From IMG/VR virus record IMGVR_UViG_3300025084_000208, positions 1 to 24,988 of that record: a stretch of DNA of 24,988 nucleotides; one strand, written 5' to 3'. The position numbers were made by a program, and so were the translations under genes. Each line of letters starts with the position of its first letter. Within the stretch, counting starts at the first letter, position 1. Origin of the DNA: a virus (lineage: Duplodnaviria > Caudoviricetes). Under the pieces are notes generated by a model that saw only the letters and a list, made by a program, of their open reading frames with translations, made no database searches and was not told the DNA's origin. This document shows, one piece after another, positions 6,952 to 14,398 of this stretch.

Positions 6952-8677
6952 TCGTTTGGTCCGTTGTTGCTCCAGCATCTGCACCTGTAGGTTCATCTAC
7001 TGTAGTAGTTTCAGGAGGAGTATCTTCACCGCCTTCGATACTATCATCATTTGGAGCTTCTGCATCTATTGCACCTAAGTCAGAACTAATACCAGCTCCT
7101 GATACACCTGCACCTCGAAGTGCTGCATCAGAATCTTCTTGCGGCATTGTAATTTCTTCTTCGTTTTCTTCTCGCCATAATCTTTCATTTTCAGCAATTT
7201 CAGCTTCTGACAATCCAAGGAATCTGCTTAGTGCAAATCTATTTGAAATATAAGGTATAGCACTCATTTGTGTATATGTTGGTACACGAGCATTATCTAG
7301 TTCTGATTGTCTATATGCTGCAAAGTTTTGCGGTGGCTCAAACTTAAGATCAAACATTGACACATCAAGATTAACACCTTCATCCATCATATATTTTTTA
7401 AATTCTTGATCAAAAACATTTGCTACTAGGCTTTGTAATCTTTCACAGTATGTATTAAAACGTAATTCTTGTATGTACGCAGTTCCTACACGACCGTCAT
7501 TAAATTGAGCATTTCCATCATCTGCTGCTGTTGGCAAGTAACTACTTGGAATACGTAAGCCTCTAACAAGTTTGTTGGTAAAATATTTTAAATCGTCAAT
7601 TTCACCTAAGTTTGTACCGCCTGGTAGTGTTTCAACTTTAGATCCTCTGCCTTCAGCAGTTTGTGGGAAAAAGTAATCTTCGTTAATTGACAGAGGGTTA
7701 TAAGAACTGTCTATGACACTTTTTCCTCCTCCTGTCGCCGATGGGATTCGTCTTTGATGAATTTCCGTTTTTACACGCTCCACAAACTGCATAGCAAGGT
7801 GTGAAGGCATGTTGCCCACATCAACGTAGAATACTCTGCGCTCTGGCGCACGTTGTACTCGATAGATAATAATAGCATCTTCGAGTAATTCTTTTTGTTT
7901 GTAAACTTTAAAAATACTTTCAAGTAAACTGTTTCCAAATGGGTAATTGTTATCTAAACCTTCACTTAGACTAAGATGTATAACATTGTCTGCATTAATA
8001 GCAACTTCGTTGTCGCCTTGTTGAAATCTACTGCTACTTTGTTCAGGTCTTTGTTGACCAGTTGACTGTCCAGTAAAATAACCTGTTCCGCTTCCAGTTG
8101 TTGTAGTATTTGTAATATTAATTTTTGTAGCAACAAGGCTTTCAAAATTTAAATTTATGTCTTTGATAAAATATTGCTCAGGGCGCTTGCCTTCTGATTC
8201 ATTTACAATAATACGTGTTACTTTTGCAGGATCAACAAAAAACCATTTTTTAGTTTCAGGATCTCTAATGAAAAATGCATCTCCGAATTTAAAAACATTT
8301 CGAAGTATTCTAAACATACGTGTGTCAAATTTTTGAAGTCCACACCACTGTATCAAGTATTGTTGTAACAATGTTATTTCAGTATTAGTTGCTTTTCTTT
8401 TAAATTTTAGTTCAAAAGGTAAATCACTTTCTTTATCTTTTTGCGAACAAAATTCTGCTAGAATATCAAGCGCAGCATTAACTTCTGAATCTTGATCCAT
8501 TGTTTCGTATTGACTATAACGGTCAATTCTATTTGGTGCGCCAACATATACATCGGGCAAGTATGAACTATAGTTTGTTCGAGCTGGTCCAGGATTACTA
8601 CTAGAACTGCCTACAGGACTATAAGTTCCTGCTTGTGTGCCATCTGTAACTGGCGTAAAATATTTTTTCCAACTCAT
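6947..8677 (-). CDS. gp20: Portal vertex protein, T4 gp20 family
   Basis: LLEDAIIIYRVQRAPERRVFYVDVGNMP, EDYFFPQTAEGRGSKVETLPGGTNLGEIDDLKYF and LRIPSSYL..ELRF are gp20 hallmarks. Confidence 0.97.
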   Translation of the reverse strand: MSWKKYFTPVTDGTQAGTYSPVGSSSSNPGPARTNYSSYLPDVYVGAPNRIDRYSQYETMDQDSEVNAALDILAEFCSQKDKESDLPFELKFKRKATNTEITLLQQYLIQWCGLQKFDTRMFRILRNVFKFGDAFFIRDPETKKWFFVDPAKVTRIIVNESEGKRPEQYFIKDINLNFESLVATKINITNTTTTGSGTGYFTGQSTGQQRPEQSSSRFQQGDNEVAINADNVIHLSLSEGLDNNYPFGNSLLESIFKVYKQKELLEDAIIIYRVQRAPERRVFYVDVGNMPSHLAMQFVERVKTEIHQRRIPSATGGGKSVIDSSYNPLSINEDYFFPQTAEGRGSKVETLPGGTNLGEIDDLKYFTNKLVRGLRIPSSYLPTAADDGNAQFNDGRVGTAYIQELRFNTYCERLQSLVANVFDQEFKKYMMDEGVNLDVSMFDLKFEPPQNFAAYRQSELDNARVPTYTQMSAIPYISNRFALSRFLGLSEAEIAENERLWREENEEEITMPQEDSDAALRGAGVSGAGISSDLGAIDAEAPNDDSIEGGEDTPPETTTVDEPTGADAGATTDQTI

Positions 8678-8688
8678 TTATTTTCCTA

Positions 8689-11205
8689 TTAACCTACGCC
8701 TTGGAATAGATTTCCTGTCATTGCTTGTTGTGCCCTAACACTATCTTTACCATAACGGTTAGATTGAGCTAAATGAGCTACTGCTGACTTCATAGTAGTA
8801 TTTAACTCTTCTAAGCGTCTTACTACCTCTTGATTGGGCGCTTGATTACCATATTGTGCATTTTCTGTATTGCTATTTTCGTTTTCAGTATTAGATGATA
8901 CTATAGTATTTAAACCTTCAATTGCTTTTAACATTTGAGCTTCGGCACTTAATGATGTTCCTAACATTAGTTGTTCCATATTTCCAATAGCAGCAGTGAA
9001 AGCATGTGTCATATTATCTAAAGGTAATCCCATAGTATCAAGGCCTGATGATCCTAGTGTGCCATTCATAAATGAATCAAGAGTACCGTTGTGAAATGCT
9101 GAAAGCAATTTGCCTTCAACAGAATTTTTAGGAATAACTGCTTCTTCTCCATGTAGCATAGCAGGAGTACCTTCACCGAAGTCTCCAAATAACTTCCCTG
9201 TTTCTCCAAGTGTACCTGTGCTAAATGGCAAGAATTGCCGCAATTCATTCAAAAAGTTCGGATCAGTTTCCGCATTGTCGAGGATAGTTTGAGTATTTTC
9301 ATCGTCAGGAACTGTTCCTTGAAGTATGCCTTCTTTGATTGCTTCTACTAATGCTCCTGAGTTTACGTCACCTAATTCTCCAAATATTTTTGCAACGTCT
9401 GGCGAAATGCCTATAAGTGTTAAATCTTTGTTTACATTAGCTAACAAGTTTTCTGCCGTAGTACGCTCAGCTCCAGTTGACCCTGGATCAGCTAATGTCT
9501 CTCTTGCTTGAATTACTTCAGCAAGAACACCTTCTAAAGCTAAAACATCACTTGCATCTAGATTAAATGCTGCCGGGTTTGACAATAACGTTTCTAGTCT
9601 TGCTTCCATATTATCATCTCTGATAATCATGTTGCCTACAGTGTCCATAAAATTATTAAGTTTTGATGGATCATTTATGCCGCCTATTGATTCCGATGCA
9701 CTCTGAAGTCCTGACACTACTTCTGGTCTACTGAATATTTGTGCAATTTCTGTATTAAATGCACTGCTTGAATTTCTTAAGAATATTTCTGCTTCTCTAG
9801 TGATGCTTAGTGCAGAGTTACCATCTTCAATTTGTTGTCTTTGGTCTTCTCTAAGCCCTGTCATTATTGCATTTAGGCTTTGATTGAAATTTTCAAAAAT
9901 TGTAACTGTTTCGCCTGTTAGTTCATCAAATCTTGTCATATTTTGACTTAGGTTATCTATCAGCGGTCCAATTTCTTCAAGTGCGTCTGCTTGAACTCTT
10001 GCTACATCGCTAATTCTACCCATCGCAGAAACACTTAAATTTGCAACACTATTACCTTCTTCAGCAGCCATTGCAGTAATTTGTTGTGAAAGCTCGTTTG
10101 CACGAGCTACTCTCTCATCTTCACTTAGTGAACTATCTTTAATAACAGATTCAAGATCTTTTACTAATCCATATGTGCCGCTGTTCAATGATGTAAATGC
10201 TCCTGTTGTTTCATCTAATGGCACACCAAGATCTACAACTTGACTTACTAAATCTCTAACTACGTCTGGTGCTCCTGCTAATCCTCTTATTGCTGTTGTA
10301 AAGGCTTCACCTGCGCCTTCTACACCTTGTTTTTCAAGTAAACGTATTCTTGCTTGAGTTGATCCTTGTTGCAATCTTGCTCTTGCTTCGTCTCTAATTG
10401 CGTCTACACTTTTTCCTGTGAGCTTTGCTAATAGATCTTGTTGCATTGCTAACGCTGTTGCACTTTTGACAGCATCGGCACGCTGTTGTTCTGTAACAAG
10501 TTCGCGTCTACGTGTTAGTGCAATATTATCAGCAAGTAATTCATTCATAGCTTCAAAGGAATAACCTAAGTTATATAATGATTGCACGTTTGCGCCTTCG
10601 TCAAGTTCAAATAATGTTTTTGTTAACTTAGCAAACTGTGCTCTACCCTGAACAACTCCGCCTGCAAACCCTGCAAAATTTTCTGTATTTTCCATTATAA
10701 TCTTATTAAAATCATCAAAACTTATTCTTGCAGCCGCAGCTTGCTCTCTCAATAAATTTAAGTTGCCGGCAGCACCTGCGCCTACAGAACTTAAATCTCT
10801 AAATGCATCTACACTTCCTTCAAGATATTCAGAAACTGCTTTACCACTCATTCCTATTATACCAAATGTTCTTGATAGAATATTTCCGCTGCCGCCTAAT
10901 GATTTTTCTAATACCTCAAAGCCGTCGCTCATTCTTGCATTGCCCTGAGTAAGCATACCAGCTGAACCTATAAGTGCTGATCCTGCTGCACCTACAGCAC
11001 CAGTAAATAAAGTAGCCGCTTTGCCTAGTGCATTTTCTAAGACGTCGGTGGTCTTTAGTAAAGCACTTTTATCAGATTGACGATTGCCATCTGCAACTGC
11101 TCTTCCAACTGCACCAGGTAATGCATCGCCAAATGAAGCTAAAGTTGTTTCTCTTGCTACTTTGTCAAGTGCTCTTACAATTTTTTCTACTTGTTCTTCT
11201 TCCAC
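8689..11205 (-). CDS. Tape-measure-like protein, 838 aa, GTG start
   Basis: Long A/G/L-rich helical protein with a late FSTGTLG...GTPAMLHGEEAVIP motif of the kind seen in tape measure proteins; adjacent to a chaperone-like frameshift gene. Confidence 0.7.
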   Translation of the reverse strand: MEEEQVEKIVRALDKVARETTLASFGDALPGAVGRAVADGNRQSDKSALLKTTDVLENALGKAATLFTGAVGAAGSALIGSAGMLTQGNARMSDGFEVLEKSLGGSGNILSRTFGIIGMSGKAVSEYLEGSVDAFRDLSSVGAGAAGNLNLLREQAAAARISFDDFNKIIMENTENFAGFAGGVVQGRAQFAKLTKTLFELDEGANVQSLYNLGYSFEAMNELLADNIALTRRRELVTEQQRADAVKSATALAMQQDLLAKLTGKSVDAIRDEARARLQQGSTQARIRLLEKQGVEGAGEAFTTAIRGLAGAPDVVRDLVSQVVDLGVPLDETTGAFTSLNSGTYGLVKDLESVIKDSSLSEDERVARANELSQQITAMAAEEGNSVANLSVSAMGRISDVARVQADALEEIGPLIDNLSQNMTRFDELTGETVTIFENFNQSLNAIMTGLREDQRQQIEDGNSALSITREAEIFLRNSSSAFNTEIAQIFSRPEVVSGLQSASESIGGINDPSKLNNFMDTVGNMIIRDDNMEARLETLLSNPAAFNLDASDVLALEGVLAEVIQARETLADPGSTGAERTTAENLLANVNKDLTLIGISPDVAKIFGELGDVNSGALVEAIKEGILQGTVPDDENTQTILDNAETDPNFLNELRQFLPFSTGTLGETGKLFGDFGEGTPAMLHGEEAVIPKNSVEGKLLSAFHNGTLDSFMNGTLGSSGLDTMGLPLDNMTHAFTAAIGNMEQLMLGTSLSAEAQMLKAIEGLNTIVSSNTENENSNTENAQYGNQAPNQEVVRRLEELNTTMKSAVAHLAQSNRYGKDSVRAQQAMTGNLFQGVG

Positions 11206-11238
11206 AGCCAGGACCTTTTATATACGCATATTTCTTAA

Positions 11239-11263
11239 CATAAATATGTTATATGTATTTACC
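11239..11263. promoter_or_regulatory. Overlapping divergent late-promoter variants
   Basis: CATAAATA on + (11239-11246) toward the gp26-like gene; GGTAAATA on - (11263-11256) toward the tape measure/portal genes. Confidence 0.55.
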
Positions 11264-11275
11264 AAGGATAATAAT

Positions 11276-12112
11276 ATGAGTAGTTTTCTTAATGAGTTTA
11301 AAAGGCAGCCAAAAGTGTATGTTGACCTTCCGTGTCAAGGGAATTACTGGCAAGAAGGAACATTAGAATCTTTTTCTAACGTCCCTGTATATGGCATGAC
11401 TGCTATGGACGAAATACTAATTAAAACTCCTGATGCATTATTTAGTGGAGAATCAACTGCAAAAGTTATAGAAAGTTGCGTTCCGTCGGTCAAAGACGCT
11501 TGGGCAATGCCTTCATATGATCTTGACTTTTTGTTAATTGCAATTAGAATTGCCACTTATGGAGAGGCCATGGATATCGAAACAACATGTCCATATTGTA
11601 AACAATCAACTCAATCAACAATAAATTTAAATGTGTTATTAGAAAACTTTGCTTCTAAAAATCCAATACAGACATTTTCAATTAAAGAATTAACAATTAA
11701 TATCAAACCTTTAACTTATCGACAATGGTCAAAATTTAATATCGATGAATATACTAGTCGTAGACAAATTTTAAATTATCAAAAACAAAATTTAGACGAA
11801 ATTGAAAAAGAAAAAATAATTAGAGAATTACTAGATGGTATATCAACACTAAGTTTAAATAGTGCAGTAGCACAAATTGATAGTATACAAAGTTCAGATG
11901 GACGACAAGAAAAATCACCGAGTGAAATTTTAGATTTTATTACTAATACAGATCAACTCTTTTATAAGCAATTACAAAACAATATTGAGCGTATTAAAGA
12001 TGAGTGGACTTTGCCTCAAGTAGATGTTAAGTGTACAAACGAAGAATGTGACAAAACATACTCTACAAGATTGACAATGGATTATTCAAATTTTTTCGTA
12101 AACAGATCTTAG
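11276..12112 (+). CDS. T4 gp26-like baseplate hub / tail assembly chaperone protein, 278 aa (start corrected from 11084)
   Basis: SD AAGGAT before ATG 11276; motifs RQPKVYVDLP, PVYGMTAMDEI, DLDFLLIAIRIATYGE and CPYC, with C-terminal CTNEEC...DYSNFF. Confidence 0.8.
   Translation: MSSFLNEFKRQPKVYVDLPCQGNYWQEGTLESFSNVPVYGMTAMDEILIKTPDALFSGESTAKVIESCVPSVKDAWAMPSYDLDFLLIAIRIATYGEAMDIETTCPYCKQSTQSTINLNVLLENFASKNPIQTFSIKELTINIKPLTYRQWSKFNIDEYTSRRQILNYQKQNLDEIEKEKIIRELLDGISTLSLNSAVAQIDSIQSSDGRQEKSPSEILDFITNTDQLFYKQLQNNIERIKDEWTLPQVDVKCTNEECDKTYSTRLTMDYSNFFVNRS
12091..12097 (+). other. Putative programmed -1 ribosomal frameshift site T TTT TTC
   Basis: X XXY YYZ heptamer in the correct phase (AAT TTT TTC), four codons before the TAG; the -1 frame is open to 12330. 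Confidence 0.65.
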
Positions 12113-12330
12113 ACTTACCGGAATCTGAGATTGTAGAGCTTGCAAAGCGGTACGAAAGCGAATCAAAGCAAATTAAAAATGACATGTATCGTATTGCTTG
12201 GTATATGCGTGGAAGTTTAACTTATGATGATATATTCTACAAGATAAGTGCTGAAGACAAGGAAATACTAAACGGAATTATCAAAGAAAATATAGATTTA
12301 ACAACTAAAACTAAGATGCCTTTGATTTAA
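12097..12330 (+). CDS. Unannotated -1 frame ORF (gp51-like / gpT-like C-terminal extension), 77 aa
   Basis: RKQILDLPESEIVELAKRYESESKQIKNDMYRIAWYMRGSLTYDDIFYKISAEDKEILNGIIKENIDLTTKTKMPLI*. No ATG/GTG/TTG in frame until 12184, and that ATG lacks an SD. Confidence 0.7.
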   Translation, partial: RKQILDLPESEIVELAKRYESESKQIKNDMYRIAWYMRGSLTYDDIFYKISAEDKEILNGIIKENIDLTTKTKMPLI

Positions 12331-13174
12331 TTGCTTTCTTAACTTTTATTAATTCTTGCTTACCTCTTGGATCTTTTACAAGATCAGCAAACGCCTTTTT
12401 CATGTCAGCACTAGCATTTGATTTAAGACTTTCTAATAATGCATCAGATTCTTCGTCAATTGATTCTTCAACACCGCAATCTTTTTCTATTAGAGTAGCT
12501 ATAGCATTTGCAATAAATGTTTGTAAAAACTGCTTTACACTATCACGTTTTAAAAGATAGTCCATACCCCAACTGATGAGATATGTTGAACCGGCTGCAA
12601 CAGCAGCAAGAAACCATCCTGCACCAGGGAGTGCCATAAATGGTGTAGCAAGCAATCTTATAATTGGAAGAGCAAGGCGGCCACCAAGCATTGTTCCAAG
12701 AAAATTACCAACTGTTAACCCAATATCTTTACCTAAATTTCGTCTTGCCTGAGCAACTATTAGTACAGTTCTGTCACAGTTATTATCTGTTAGTGCTGTT
12801 CTATATGTATCAATTCGGTTATGTGTTGTTATTGCACCGAAACCTAGCTGAAATAAACCATATAACCACAGATTTGCTTTACCAGCACGTTTCAGCATTT
12901 TAAGGTTTTTTTTCTTTATTTCATCTTCATTTGGTTTATTTTGGGCAGGCGTATTTCTGTTATTTCTGTTGTTACTATCGTCAGGAGTTTGTGCAGGAGT
13001 ACGTCTTGCTCTCTCTTGATCTCTAAATTCTTCAGCCGATCCTGCATCTGGAAAAGTTTTTAAAGTTCTATTTCCATCTGTATCAATTACATTAAACCCA
13101 GCAGGCTTACCGTCAGAACCTAGTGTAGCAGATGGCGTTATCTCTATAGCTTCAAATATTTCATAGACCTTCAT
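12311..13174 (-). CDS. Hypothetical late protein with hydrophobic helices, possible internal head protein, 287 aa
   Basis: SD AAGGAT; late motif CATAAATA at 13202-13209; N-terminus MKVYEIFEA; hydrophobic segments LWLYGLFQLGFGAI and LPIIRLLATPFMALPGAGWFLAAVAAG. Confidence 0.75.
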   Translation of the reverse strand: MKVYEIFEAIEITPSATLGSDGKPAGFNVIDTDGNRTLKTFPDAGSAEEFRDQERARRTPAQTPDDSNNRNNRNTPAQNKPNEDEIKKKNLKMLKRAGKANLWLYGLFQLGFGAITTHNRIDTYRTALTDNNCDRTVLIVAQARRNLGKDIGLTVGNFLGTMLGGRLALPIIRLLATPFMALPGAGWFLAAVAAGSTYLISWGMDYLLKRDSVKQFLQTFIANAIATLIEKDCGVEESIDEESDALLESLKSNASADMKKAFADLVKDPRGKQELIKVKKAIKSKAS

Positions 13175-13201
13175 GATTTATCCTTAATAGTATGTTATGT
13201 A

Positions 13202-13209
13202 TATTTATG
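13202..13209 (-). promoter_or_regulatory. Late promoter variant CATAAATA
   Basis: 7/8 match to TATAAATA, 27 nt upstream of the ATG at 13174. Confidence 0.6.
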
Positions 13210-13299
13210 TATTAACTTCGTTAATACAAGTTTTCGCTATCGCTCAAACTATACACTTCGTTTATGTATGATAGAAATAAATGAATATAAAGATATAAA

Positions 13300-13719
13300 T
13301 GCATTATTACGAATGTAATAATGTTTAAGTTTCATGTAGATTGTTTCAGTCAGACGGAACCTGTTACGGTCCCATCTAATCTCAAAATGCGCTTCATGTG
13401 AGTCTGCACCAGCCGAGACATTGGAAGTAGGTAATTGTTTATACACAAAGTACAATGGGCTCTGACCTTTCCCAACCTACGTCGACATTGTGTTGCTTAT
13501 AATATACATTAATCTAGTTAATGTACAGTTTAAGTAACATTATTCCCTCGCTTCGTTCCTAGTGCTAAAGGGTTTTTATGTACTGTGTTGTGTTTTTCGA
13601 CTGCTAACATTCAACCTATACCAATCCAACGCCTTATTACCAGACGCAGCTCAGCATGTTACGTGTGCTCCTATACGGTAGCTTTTTCCACAGCGGTAAA
13701 TTAATCTGGCCCGCCAACC
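13300..13719 (-). ncRNA. Candidate large structured non-coding RNA directly downstream of the GIY-YIG gene (3' boundary uncertain, between ~13210 and ~13330)
   Basis: No credible ORF in ~500 nt of an otherwise tightly packed genome. Stems: TTAGATGGGACC-GTAACA-GGTTCCGTCTGA (13350-13379, 12 bp, three G-U on minus), GCGTCT/AGGCGT (13629-13647, two G-U), GTAGGT/ACCTAC (13475-13480 with 13427-13432) and a long AU hairpin at 13491-13539. Confidence 0.6.
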
Positions 13720-14169
13720 TTATGTGTTAGATTGTTTTGCCTGGATGTGATGTTCTAGCAATGCCTGTTTGAGTTTGTCTGATCCGCCTACTCTAACATT
13801 AATGATACCATTATAGTATTCATCAGTTTCAAGTACACGCCTATCAAACTGTTCTCTTGCCTCTATGTAGGACATTTCGCCCCTACCTTTACATAGGTAT
13901 AATATTTCTCTTGTAAACTTGTCTTCGCCTAGTGCAGCTACGTCTGCGTTTAGTCTATCACTGGATCCCCAGTAAGTACGCCAATCGCTTTCTTTAGTGC
14001 CGCGCCTTTTGTTTTTCTTGCCTTTGAGTGGTGGCTTAGTAGTTTTAAATTTTGCTAGTTTTTTGCCTATGTATTTTTGATCTGTAGTGGTATTTGTGAT
14101 AAGATAAACAAAGCCTTCGTACTCGTCTGGTATTTCGTCAATTTGTTTACCGTTATATGTCCACTGCAT
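13720..14169 (-). CDS. GIY-YIG family endonuclease, 149 aa (start corrected from 14280)
   Basis: GFVYLITN...KYIGKK (GIY-YIG hairpin), WRTYWGSS, FTREIL, E in SYIEAREQ and YYN; basic insert KFKTTKPPLKGKKNKRRGTK. The longer start overlaps the upstream gene. Confidence 0.85.
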   Translation of the reverse strand: MQWTYNGKQIDEIPDEYEGFVYLITNTTTDQKYIGKKLAKFKTTKPPLKGKKNKRRGTKESDWRTYWGSSDRLNADVAALGEDKFTREILYLCKGRGEMSYIEAREQFDRRVLETDEYYNGIINVRVGGSDKLKQALLEHHIQAKQSNT

Positions 14170-14200
14170 CAAATATATATGTATGCCTAAAGTTTTTTGC

Positions 14201-14398
14201 CTATTTTCTGGTTGTTCTTGTAGTGTTATGATGAACATGTATTTGTTCTGCACGAATCTTTGCCAATGCACGTATTTCACGTAAACATTTTCTTACTGCA
14301 CGATGTGTTCTTACACTATTTTTAGCTACAAATTTTTCGTTTGCTTTAAAATAATCAAGATATGCATTTACAAGAGAATCATGTATATCGTTAGGCAT
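14201..14398 (-). CDS. Small basic helical protein, 65 aa, possibly DNA-binding
   Basis: ATG overlaps the gp46 stop (TAATG coupling); R/K-rich amphipathic helix RAVRKCLREIRALAKIR. Confidence 0.7.
   Translation of the reverse strand: MPNDIHDSLVNAYLDYFKANEKFVAKNSVRTHRAVRKCLREIRALAKIRAEQIHVHHNTTRTTRK

Noticed and set aside
11084-11275. N-terminal extension of the 342-aa ORF (likewise 14170-14280 and 18047-18112)
   Set aside because: These extensions overlap neighbouring genes or promoters; downstream ATGs have better SD or promoter context and start at the conserved domain.
13249-13455. 68-aa minus-strand ORF inside the non-coding tract
   Set aside because: Non-ATG start, no SD, no recognisable protein features, and it crosses several hairpins.
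13300-14169. Group I intron carrying a GIY-YIG homing endonuclease
   Set aside because: No interrupted host gene is evident (flanking ORFs have their own starts and stops), and I could not find P/Q/R/S core motifs. A covariance-model search would settle it.
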